Shown one piece after another: positions 1-12,492 of a stretch of DNA of 64,000 nucleotides (position 1 is its first letter; each line of letters starts with the position of its first letter). The stretch lies in assembly GCA_951406725.2 (NCBI GenBank), contig OX597814.1, positions 63,364,001-63,428,000 of the forward strand, given 5' to 3'. This stretch comes from Octopus vulgaris. Its lineage: Eukaryota. Below the pieces are notes generated by a model. It did no database searches, was not told the origin of the DNA, and saw only the letters and a list, made by a program, of their open reading frames with translations. The position numbers and the translations under genes are program-made.

Positions 1-867
1 TTGTTTATAATGGAACAGTTTCACCGTGATCGACTTTGTTTTTCATCCCTTCGAGTGTCGACAAAATAAGAACTAGAACAATTTCACCACTTGGGTACGT
101 GGTGCAGTGCCATGTTTTTCGATAATTAATTTCCAGGACCTAGTCCATAAATGCCCTGAAAATAAAAGAAAAGTGTTAAAAAATAAACGAATTATCAAAG
201 ATTGCGATCCTCGGTGACTTTTGGGACCCCTATATATTGATTGGCTGGCTTTGTTGCAAAGATGAATAATGAAAACAAAGGAAAAAAATCTGTTCCATAT
301 ATCATACTAATTCCACTTTAAAGAACTATATTGCAGCAATTTCAATATAACCCAAAAGAATAGGCGGTTGTAAATCACTTTGCTAAATTTTCATTATTCT
401 CCAAGGCAAATTCGCCCCATTCTCCTGGGATAAAGTTTTGCATGGTATCACACACACACAAACAAACAAGTACAGACACACACACACACAAAACGCATGC
501 TCAAATAAGCATAAATATCTGTTCACCAGCAACAGCCTTCTCTAGGAAGCATATAAAATCATGTTCATATTAAAACAACACAATATTACAATTATTGACA
601 TATAACGATCTAAATTCATATCCCCGATCATTTATATATCATGAACTAAATTTTCTAATGCATCACTTGAAACAGGAATGAGACTGGCTGCTATTTCAGA
701 GGAACGAATCGAGGTTCCAGATATGTACAAAATTATTTAACTTATAGATTTGTCAATCGGGAAAGTATACGCACAAGAAAACCTGTCTTCACCCATAAAT
801 AATATGCATATATGAGAACGTATAAATACATACATACTTGCATACACACACACACATACACACACAA

Positions 868-924
<57 letters not shown>

Positions 925-2616
925 TATATATATATATATTAAGGTGGCTGTTTGCAATTTACAATCAAAAGGCAACGAGTATAGTCGTCATTAAAGTGAT
1001 GTGGGGTGCTAGCCAGCACCACAGTTACCAGAAATAAGAGTCAAAACAACTTTTAGCCACCTGAGAGCACTTTTCTAACAAGTGACGAGGGAGACAAGCT
1101 CCCTAGGGTAAGCGAGATGGAATGATATCAGCTCTGATTTCAGATTTAGTTAATCTTCATCAGTGACCCATTACTCCGTCGCCGAGAGTTAAAGAATTTA
1201 ACTGTCAGTCTTAGGAAACATATGAAACATTGACTGCTTCCAACAATGGTGAAGTGAGAATTATAAGGTGGCTATTCGCAATTTCCATCGGAAAGGTAAC
1301 AAGTTTAGTCGTGATAATGGAATATAATTTTTTCGAATTTTAACACAAGTCTAGAATTTCGGGGGAAGTGATGAGTTCATTGAATCGACCCCAGTGCTCA
1401 ACTAGTACTTATTTTGTCGACACTCCAAGGGTTGAAAGACAAAGTCGATCACGGCGGAATTTGAACTCAGAACATAAAGACGTACGGAATATCACTAAAT
1501 ATATTACCCGGCGTGCTAATGATTCTGCCAGTTCACAGTAATAATATAAATGATGTTAACTGATAAACAGATCAAAATTAGTGACTAATAAAAGGAAAAT
1601 AAATAATTCATTCTGTGGTCGTCTTGGTATTTGTTAGTTTTGAAAGCTATGCACGTCTTAGTGATGCTGTGAGACTGCTATGACTCCTGTGACCTTCTAC
1701 CTCACACCGGTTTACATTTATATATATATATATTTCCTTCATTTCATTCACTTCATCTTCTCCTCAGGCTTTTTCTCTCCTTGCGCTTATACAATAGAAT
1801 ATGACGAAACATCCAATAACTATTACATTTCATTACAAACATCAGTTTTCTTCCACTGCAAGATATCAAATATTCAAGAGCCATGTTTAAACTGAATTTT
1901 CGTATTCACTCGCTATACACTGTCTTGAGGCAGTGAAGTATTTCGTTGCATATTGACGATCCATTTGATACACGAATTCCGAGTAACGCCAACAATCTAG
2001 GCAATCTAGTTTGTATTTTTTTTTTGTAATTTTCTTTGTACTCACGCGAATCGTTAATGAATTCAACATCACTAGTGTAGTGATAAATATTTACACATGA
2101 CTAGCGTAGTAATAAATATGTGCCATCCGCAAATCCCAAATTTTCTTTAATTTACTTTGCGAGAGCAATTGTTTTGACGATGGCACATCTTGTTGTAAAT
2201 GCTCGAAATGTGGAGTAGATAAAACAGCCGACAACTGATGAAGGGTCGTTCATTATTCTCTTGTTTTCCATTTGTTTCTTTCGTTGTTCGCAAAAAAGTT
2301 CGTATTCCATGTTTTCGTATTTCGTATTTCATGTTGTTTATGTTCTATGATGTCCTGTACCCATATATGTATGTATATACACATATATGTATGTACATAT
2401 ATGTATGTATATATGCATATATTTATATATTATATATATATATATATATATTATATAATTAGGGCTTAGTAAAATAAATTACTTTGCCACATACTGAACT
2501 TAGTAGAAATAGCATTTCTACTACTTAAAGAAAATTTCTCTCAGATAATGTTTACTCCAGACAGCTCACGAAGGTTTGGGGGTAAATACAGAAAAATATC
2601 ACAAGTACATAGATCG

Positions 2617-2679
2617 TTTGAGTACGTCAACGTTTCAAGATTAGCCAAATAAAATCAGCATTTCTTTCGTCAGCTCAAA
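2617..2679 (-). ncRNA. Type I hammerhead ribozyme motif, apparently intact
   Basis: Minus strand reads UUUGAG CUGACGA AAGA..(22 nt)..UCUU GAAA CGUUGACG UA CUCAAA. This gives a 6-bp stem I, the full core, a 4-bp stem II, stem III and a GUA cleavage triplet. Confidence 0.8.
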
Positions 2680-2898
2680 ATTTCTTAATTTGGATTTGGA
2701 AACACTAAAAAAGAAGGAACTTTACCTATCAGCGAACTTGTCGCTTCAGATGAACCACTCCAACTAACAGTGTCAACAAATTCAAAATGCGCAGGCGTAA
2801 AATTCTGCACTCCCCATTCCACCCACGTGGTCTATCTAGCAAACATTATATTTTAACCGCGAGAACCGAGGCAGTATGACCGAGAGAAATGAATTATA

Positions 2899-3080
2899 AT
2901 ATCAACAATTGAGGGTAAAATTAATTAATTAATCAATTTCACCAAGTGTTCAGTATGTAAAAGGACCATTTAAGGCGAATTCAAAATATAATGTAATATT
3001 TTGAATTCGCCTTAAATGGTCCTTTTACATACTGAACACTTGGTGAAATTGATTAATTAATTAATTTTACCCTCAATTGT

Positions 3081-3086
<6 letters not shown>
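2899..3086. repeat. Perfect inverted repeat, 91-bp arms, 6-nt loop
   Basis: 2899-2989 is the exact reverse complement of 2996-3086; abuts (TA)n. Confidence 0.95.
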
Positions 3087-3153
<67 letters not shown>

Positions 3154-3840
3154 TATATATATTATATTATATATATTATGTATATATATTATATTATATA
3201 TATATATATATATAATGGCGGTACATCAGCATGGCCACAGCTCTGAGCTGAAACTAGAGAGAATAAAAAATATATTCATATATATATATGACGAGAAAAA
3301 TATGTTGAATCAAATTATACTTAATACAAAATAGGATTCAATACATGCGTGCGTTTCAAAGGACAATGCAAATATGTAAGAAAAGATTATAACCATAGTA
3401 ATTATAATTAAATTTATTCATCGTCATTTTCATCAGTGTGAAGAATTTTTGAAAGGACATCAAAAGAGGTTTAATAAAATAATGTAAATTAAAATAAGAT
3501 GCAGTAAGGGAGAATACGAGTGGGGTAATATGGAATAAAATCGGATATTTGCAAGCAAGTTTTAAAAGGGGAAATAATAACATTAGTGATGATAGTAAGA
3601 GAGACGAAAGGGAAAAAAGACATATATTAATGTGTATGCACGTTTATATGTGCGGTAAACTATAACATACAAATAAGAATAAAAAGCTAACAGGATGTTT
3701 TAAAAAATGGTAACAGAACGAGACAAAGTATAATAAAACTAGTCCACCTGCTACGTAATATTCTACTATACACACGTGGCCCAGTTTATTATGCTTTATG
3801 CTTTGCCTCGACTATTTTGAAGTCCTTACAAAAGTTCTTC

Positions 3841-3937
3841 ACACTGATGAAAATGATAATGCATAAATTTAATTATAATTACTATGGTTATAATTTTTTC
3901 TTACATATGTGTATTGTCATTTGAAATGAGCGTATGT
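3841..3937 (+). ncRNA. Degenerate hammerhead motif (inverted twin at 3343-3439, minus strand)
   Basis: ACA CUGAUGA AAAUGAUAAUGCA..UGUAUUGUCAUUU GAAA UGAGCG UA UGU, with a long stem II. The twin reads GAAA CGCACG CA UGU; the inferred consensus is GAAA CGCGCG UA. Confidence 0.6.
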
Positions 3938-4231
3938 ATTGAATCCTATTTTGTATTAAATCTAATATTGCTTCAACAACCTTTTCTCCTCCATTTTTCT
4001 ATAATTGTTATTGTATTTTTGTACATATAACGATATTTTTGAACTGCTATTTTCATAGCATTATTACTTGCTCTGGCTGTTTTTTATGAATAAAACGAAT
4101 CTTTATTGGAAATCATTCTTTCTCTCTTTTTGGACGTCTCAAAAAGTTTGAATTGTTCTCTTTTGAACTTACTTTCCCCCACATATGGATTTAATAAGTG
4201 TCGTATATATGTGTAAATAAGTATGTATAAC

Positions 4232-4293
<62 letters not shown>

Positions 4294-4607
4294 GAAATGA
4301 AATAATATGGGTGAAAATCGAATGATAAATTGATTATTACCAATTTAAAACCAGTGGCCTAGCATACTGAAAAATCTGAAGATCCAGAAAAAATATATTA
4401 CATACATATAAGAGGGATGACCACTAAGTGGACAGCAAGACAAATGGAATGATACAAAATATATTTTGTATCTTTTCATTTGTCTTGCTCGCTTACGTTT
4501 TAGCATTTGCTGAATTTTCTTGAGAACAATTTTTTCTTAGTGGTCAGACCATATGGGGTCTACATCGAGCATAATGGATGTCCACTTAGTGGTCATCCCT
4601 CTTATAT

Positions 4608-4657
<50 letters not shown>

Positions 4658-5809
4658 TAGCTATATAGATATATGCGCGTGTCTGTGTGTGCGTGAGTAT
4701 GCATGCATGTGTGAGAGTTTGTGTACATACATCGCGTGTGAAAACAGGGAAGAACGTAAGACTTCTGGTATCGAACAGCTATTGAAAGTAAAAGAACAGA
4801 ATCTCTTGTCTTCAATCGATACCAATAGAATTGATCAATTTATCTATACGTGACTTATTCTTTGATATTAATTGTTGTTATGAGAAACGGCAAAGAGGTT
4901 TCAATTGTTTAATCACAAAGTTTGTCATAAATTTCAAAGTGGTTCGAACCTTCTATATATTTGGATGCATTTCTATTCTGACTGCTTTGTTATTCTTCAA
5001 CGAGAATATCTGAATTATCAAACCACAATATAACACAACCAATTATTTTTATTTCAGACAATAGTGTTCCAATTCTTGTTGTTCTATTGCACCTATGTTA
5101 CTCCAACTAGAGTGTCATTAGTATTTATGAGCTTTAAATGATTGAATAAGTTTTTTCATTTTAAATTCCGCCAAAATCATCTTGGCCATATCTCCGTTAG
5201 GGGTCAATAAAATAAATAGCATTTGAGCACTGAGTTTGATGTAATCAAGTTACTTCCTTTGAATTACTGGCCTACTGCCAAAATTAGAAGTCAATATGTA
5301 CAAGATTGAATGTATCTTGAACACTCAACTTCTATCATTTGTTTATTGAAATGACTAGTACTATGTTCATACCTATTCGTAAACAAAAATTCTAAGAATG
5401 GGCATAAATACATTATTGGAATGTTTTTGGGTGAGAATATCTATTTTAAGCTGTAATTGAGGAATGGAAGGAGTAGATGGTGGTTTTTAGTCCGTTTTAG
5501 AACATCAGATAGCAACTAGAATGGAATGAAAAGAGCCCAGGAATTCCCTCAGCCGGGTTTATCTTTGTTTATATTTTATACCTTATTTTGTGATCAATTT
5601 GAGTATTGGACCAAATCACTGGTTTCTAAGATTAAGGGGATGAGATACATAAGGTGATATGAAATAGAGTTCAGTGTCATAAGATATTTTCATTCAACGG
5701 CAGCAGTTTATCGGTTTCCTTGCCGATAAATATATCTTTTAGACACATAAATGAAATATATAAATACAAACATATACAAATACATAAACGCACAGACACA
5801 ATCACGCAC

Positions 5810-5841
<32 letters not shown>

Positions 5842-5907
5842 ATACATATATATATATATATGTGTGTGTATGTGTGTGTGCGTGCGCATATATATGTGCA
5901 TACATAA

Positions 5908-5958
<51 letters not shown>

Positions 5959-5968
5959 TATGTATATG

Positions 5969-6022
<54 letters not shown>

Positions 6023-6264
6023 AAAGGATTTGTGATATGATCGGACCACAACATTGTTGCAACGCATATATTCTAAATCCGAAGTAACATATCCCCTTTA
6101 CGACACATAACTGACGAAGTGAAATTCTAATTATATCTCAACACATATGAATGTGCTCTCAGATCTGGAAATGCCTTGTCGGCTAGATATATGACTTGAA
6201 TCCTATCAAGCCAAAGAATGCGTTATGGTTCTTAACGGAATACTTCATTTTCCTTAGCTGATAT

Positions 6265-6331
<67 letters not shown>

Positions 6332-6429
6332 ATCAATATAGGGTGGCAAAAAAAATTTTGTAGAATTCTTTTGCCACCAGCGGCCTAGTAGGAAAAAATT
6401 AAATAGTCATAAACCATTTTTATGTTCAA

Positions 6430-6667
6430 CATCACAATCAAGGAACGGCCATAATAGGCCATTCACCCACTAGAAATAACAGCCAAAAGCTTTAACCGCA
6501 AAATAACATTAATTCCGTAAACCAGGAGAAAATTGAAAAACTTTACAGGGTAAAAGTTTTTCAATTTTCTCCTGGTTTACGGAATTAATGTTATTTTGCG
6601 GTTAAAGCTTTTGGCTGTTATTTCTAGTGGGTGAATGGCCTATTATGGCCGTTCCTTGATTGTGATG
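6430..6667. repeat. Perfect inverted repeat, 115-bp arms, 8-nt loop
   Basis: 6430-6544 is the exact reverse complement of 6553-6667; abuts (TA)n. Confidence 0.95.
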
Positions 6668-7355
6668 ATATATATATATATATATATATGTATATACATT
6701 CTGTTGCGGTCCTTAGCGGAATATATATATAGGTACTGCAAATTTAGGGTGAATTTTTGATAAGTGTAAGTACCTGTATATGCCAGATAGTGGCAGAGGT
6801 GAGAGAGAATATATCAAATAAAATCAAAACAGAACACAAAGGATGTCGCGGTACACGTGTTTCAATTTGAATATTTGACTTTTTACTATTTCTTTACTAC
6901 TTTTATTACCTTATCTTTTACTTACATTGTTCTCTTTCCTTCTTTCTCACTTTAACGTTTTCTCTCTCTATTTTCTCCTCTTCCTTCTTTTTCTCCCTTT
7001 TCTTTCTCTCTATTTCCCCTCTATTTTTTCTCTCTATCCTTTCTATCTATTTTTCTCTCTCCATATTCTCCCTATTTTATTTTGTTCTTCCTTTTTCCTC
7101 TACCCTCTCTTTATTTCTATTTCCTTACAAGAAGAATGAACCCATTCAAATCTAATTAACATTCACTCTATGTTGGATGGTGATACAGTGTGGACAGATT
7201 TTCGAAATCCAATGATCCCCTACATGCGTATTTAGTTACGAAATTTTACAAATACTCTTTCTCAGGGAGATATTATATACCTATTATAATGGGTAATACT
7301 ACATGTACTTTTCATATTTTTAAAGTGTGATGTAACTCTTTGGAATAACAATGCA

Positions 7356-7437
7356 TGCGGCTGAAGAGAGCTTTTATATCTATTATACACTGATGTAAGA
7401 ACAGGTCGTTTTTAAAGCTTGAAACACGTGTAGCGCA
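7356..7437 (+). ncRNA. Minimal type I hammerhead ribozyme motif (one stem I mismatch)
   Basis: UGCGG CUGAAGA GAGCUUU..loop..AAAGCUU GAAA CACGUG UA GCGCA. The inverted partial copy at about 6841-6865 retains the pairing version GUA CCGCG. Confidence 0.72.
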
Positions 7438-7479
7438 ACATCCTTTGTGTTCTGTTTTTGATTTTATTTGATCTATCTA

Positions 7480-7566
<87 letters not shown>

Positions 7567-10500
7567 ACTAATAAAAATGAAGTATTCCGTTAAGGACCAC
7601 GACAGAATGCTTCTACGCATTCTTTGGCTTGATAGGATTCAAGTCATATATCTAGCCGACAAGGCATTTCCAGTTCTGAGCGCACATTCATATGTGTTGA
7701 GATATAATTAGGATTTCACTTCGTCAGTTATGTGTTGTAAAGGGAATATGTTATTTCGGATTTAGATTATATGCGTTGCAACAATGTTGCGGCTCGATAT
7801 CACAAATCCTTTTGTTTACTTTTTCTTACAGATAAATCTGTTTTAATCCTTTGTAAATTATCCGACTAACTAACGACTTAATTCATGAAAAGCTTCTCTG
7901 TTACAAGTTGTGTAAAATAATATAATCTCATTTTTTTCTCATCGCTCTATCCTAGAAAACAATAGTGATATTTCATATTGGTGTGTGTAAATTTCGGTGG
8001 GCATCTTTTTTGAAAATGCTTTCGCATATATTTAGACTATTTAAAGCCAACGACGAGGAAGAGAACATGCTTTTTATCGGAAAGCAGCCAGCAAGTCAAT
8101 CATGTTTCTTGTTTTGATACATTGATTATTTAAATATCGCTGGAAGATTATATTTGAATACTTAAACGAAAGTATAAATACCTACCTAATATATTAACGG
8201 TATTTATCATTATTTTCATCGGATTTGAGTAAATAGTGTATATAATAGTAATTTATTCTCAGGACTAGAATATCTAGGTTACTTTTTTCTGTTATTGAAT
8301 AAAAAATTCATTAATATAGTAATCATAAGAAAAAAATGGGATGGATGTACCAAGGTTAATTGCAAGCATCAATACTGAATTACTCATTTACAAATAATGT
8401 TCTTTATGAGAGATTTTTAATATTAGTCTAGCAAGGACGAGACATAAATATTCACCTGCACATGATGCCATTCTATTTCTTCGCATTTCTGGGAAAATCT
8501 TATTCTCAAATGATTCACTTAGAATGTATCTGTATAAATTATGTGTTGTCTCTTTTAGTCTTAACTCTTTCATAACGTTTTCTTTTGGAGAAGTGGTAGT
8601 TAAATTTTGCAAGAAAGAATGCTCTATTATCAGGAGTTAGTAACAATTCAGTTACAACTTGTAATTTTAGAAAAAACTTTGTAAGGTTCCACTGCTTTGT
8701 AAGTTTTCACATACAAATAAATTCATAGAATGCTTCAACTAAATTACCAAGGTGTTTACAGTCAATTTGGTTTTCGAAATGCTTTTTCAAAAGTGTTCTC
8801 CTGTTCATTGACTCTATCTGAAATAAACGCAGTCACTGTGATGTTGACTCCTATATTACATATATTTTTTTTTTTCTGTTTTCAAAAAGAAATATGACAG
8901 GCCTGTGGTGCTTGAATTTTAAAATACATGAGTAATCTAGAAAACAAATAATTTTTGGCATATTTCTTCCTTAGCAGTCATGTCAACACTGGTATTCTAT
9001 AGCCTGTTAACTACAACGCGATATTGAATTAGAAGGTAGTCTCAGTGTAACATTTTCAAAACAGCTTCTAATCTCAGCCTTTTGGGTATCTATACTGTCT
9101 CTTTTGTTCAACAGGTATTTCATAGCTATTTCCTGCTCTTGGCGTACGTACGGAATATTTCTAATTCAATTATTTACTGCGATAGGTTCATCCGGCAGTT
9201 CTAGTGTGGAATGCAACACATTCAGAACTGAATGTTTCTTCAAGAGTACTTACTCTATTCGTAATATGTTGCTTTTGACGATTAAACATTTGGTTGGTGC
9301 ATTCGTTAAACAGATGCTAAATCAGTGATATATGTCGCTCATATGACATTTATCATCTTCTTTCGGACGTAATGTTTCTCGATGACACAATTTCGCTGAA
9401 AGATTTCAGTTAGCGTCATAAGCATTCAATGGTGCACATTCCTTGTAGGGTTCACTATATATTATTATAATACAAATTGATTGCGAAATCCTGTCATAAT
9501 GTAACAGCTTTGACTGCTATAATTTTAAAAGATTTGCATGATAAATTTAGTTGCTGTATCGTTATTCATACCACATATACTGATACATATTGGTCAAAAA
9601 CCAGGTATTGACAGAACTCGAGGATAAGGGACGTTTAGAGACATTTGAATGAGTTTTGTCTTGGAGGTTAGGTCATTATTTAGTTATGTAGTGTGTATAG
9701 ATTTGTATATACTTTCATCATAAAAATGCAGATCATCACAAAAAATAATAATTGTTCGTTACGCAGGTAATACATATTGTTAAGGAACCACAAATTAAGA
9801 CAAAATTTCGTAAAAGTAAATGCATGGATATAGTTAGAAAAGATGCAGAAACAAGGAGATATTATCTATTTGGAATGATTCTTTGAAAGATTTAAAACGT
9901 TAGAAGGAAACATTTATATTGCTGTTACAATGCTGATGACTGAGTCTTTGTACCGTTGTTTGCCTTAGGATGACAGCATATACAGTAGCATGTTTGAGAT
10001 ATAATGTTTTCGGTAACAAAGTGCTGGGATTAAAGTCAAACGCCTTTTCGTTATCAAATCATTGTCATAATGAAGTCACAATATTTCTGTGGTAGATTTT
10101 TTTTTATTACAGTAGAATGATAAATGAATGGTTATACAAAAGTGTTTTCAAGAATACGCCCGCACAACCATTGTCAACAGGACCTGTGTGGACGGTTTTT
10201 CAAAACCAGGAAAACTAAAATGTTATCCGCAACTGCTTCAAAACTCACAACTTCTCTCAAGAAATGATAAATTCATTTGTAGCCATAATGATTGGTTAGG
10301 TTACTAACTGTCTAAATAATACTCTTTAAAAGCGGTGTTTACTCGCAGGGTAATGACCAAATAGCATGTACATAGCACCATCCTAATATAACGCATTTAG
10401 CAGTTCGCAGTTGCTGTTATCAACCTTTTTGCATTGAAAGCTTTGTTTGTTTGTTACAAACCGGATACTTCTTTATAGTAAGAATTCCAATTAGTGAAAC

Positions 10501-11564
10501 ACAAAGGAGAAATTAAATACATAGTCAAGTAGAAATATAAAACCTGGATTGGGATGTTCTGAAAAATGTTTTAAGATTAGTACCCAATATATGTCTAGTA
10601 CCTTGTACTTTCATATATTTCGCTTTTATCATACACTATATACATCTCAAATTATTGATATTCATTAAACACTACATAAATACTTCAATACCTTTCTCTT
10701 CATTTGTTTATGCCTTAAATGCTCAAGTTTGTTAACCTAATTTCTATTTTTATTTATTCTATTATACTTTGATGTGGGGCGGCGATAAACTGTCACCTTT
10801 TATAGTCAATCCTTGTACCTTTTACTACTGAACTGCAGATATTTTATTGTTTTCATGTATCTATATCTAATTCTCTGCACGCTTCTGTCAAACTTGCTAT
10901 GTGTTTCTTTCTCTGCCTTTTTCTCCTCTCATTTAAAACCTTATACGCACATATACCACCACACTCACAGGCATACAAATCTTTGGTATATTTTGCATTC
11001 ATCTTTGTTTTTCAGTTTTTGTGCCCATTAATCAGTAAGGAGATGAACTTTGTTAATTGTCTAATCAATAACGATTTATTTAACTTTTTTTTATTCATTG
11101 TCTCTTTGAAAATATATTCTTGTATATGTCAAACCCTGTTACTAACAATCATTATCTCTAAATGGATGTAACAAATGTCTAATGTGATATAATTAAATTA
11201 GGTCGATTTTTTTAGTTACAATGATTGTTTACTTTATGTTCAAAAATGGTGATGCGATGTGTTTATTTTAGATTTATATGTTTTTCCTGTCGTTACATTC
11301 CGCATGTTTTTATATCGCAATTAGTATGTTAAAGTTTCGCGATCAATGTCTTGAATATTTTTTTTCTTCAACAGCGAGAAAACATCTTAGAATTTCCAGA
11401 AAAATATGTAGATGATGAGGAGGTTACAATTTAAATTATTGATTTATTTGATTTCCGAATAATATTTCAGGTTATATTATATAATATACTACGAGTTGAA
11501 AAGCATTAAACCACATCTATATGTATTTCAAGAAGATGAAAATACGTAATTATAACTTAATATG

Positions 11565-11601
<37 letters not shown>

Positions 11602-12382
11602 ATTGCTGATAAAAGTAAGAATTAGATTTACAAAATTGAATGCTCTTAACAGTATATATTCGAATGATTTGAAGAATAGAGATATATATTATAAACGTGA
11701 CTGAATCAAGACGTTTAAACATAACTATTTCGATCTTTGCGGCATCGGAATAGAGTCAGTAATAATCGACTTCACTCCATATACCCGAAATTGCTGTTCT
11801 TCTGCAAAAATTTGAAACCAATATTTTATCTTGCACTGGGTCTTGATTTATTTCACACCGGTTCGTCATTTAACTTTATAATTTATATACATGCACATAA
11901 AATTTAGAATTTAGAAAATATATTTCTTAAATAAAATTAGATAATGTTTAAAATCCAGATGATGTACATTCATTTTGTTGCTTTTATTAACATTTGCTCA
12001 CTATCATTTCATTTAAAATCTGAGATGTTTCAAAAATAGCCAAGTTTATATACGTTCTGGTGAGTAGATAATCTATTATTGTTGTATGATTTTACGACAG
12101 GGAGATAATTTTATATACAATTATTTTTACATTCTTTCAATAAGGATTTATGCAGACACAAAGTCTCAAACTCTAATAAAAGGACTATTGACTCTATTGA
12201 ATTCAGTATTTAAATTAATGGATTTTGTGAAAAACTGTATTTAAAACGTATATGTAAAAAGCTGAAATAAATACCTATAGTAATTTGTCAAACATTCTAA
12301 TAATTCTTATATTAACATTGAACTACATCTTACCAAATAACTTACAATGTTTATTTATGATTTATTCTTCATTTCATTTTAG

Positions 12383-12492
12383 CAATGGCGAGACATTTAC
12401 CTGAAGTGGAACCCAGAAGATTACGGAATGATAAAAAATGTCAGAATACCACCTGATGCTATTTGGATGCCAGACATAAAACTATATAATTA
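12383..12492 (+). CDS. nAChR exon (110 nt), extracellular domain incl. loop A
   Basis: tttcattttag|CAA...AAT TA|gtgagt. Translates [36 protein letters not shown], with the WxPD motif typical of nAChRs. Absent from the ORF track. Confidence 0.95.

Larger units (their letters stand above)
6022..7812. repeat. Diverged inverted repeat, arms approx. 6022-6250 and 7576-7812
   Basis: For example aaaggatttgtgatat / atatcacaaatccttt and ttaacggaatacttcattt / aaatgaagtattccgttaa. Confidence 0.9.

Noticed and set aside
2195-2250. Permuted hammerhead (CGAAA..UA..CUGAUGA)
   Set aside because: Core words are present but stems I-III could not be paired.
8240-10700. Possible ancient DNA-transposon remnant (also 30400-31420)
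   Set aside because: Microsatellite-free with short ORFs, but no motif I could assign confidently.
11375-11422. Possible short upstream exon (RENILEFPEKYVDDEE) after tttttcttcaacag
   Set aside because: No resemblance to the expected DEKNQ..W exon and a weak donor (gttaca); the upstream exons were not found in the window.
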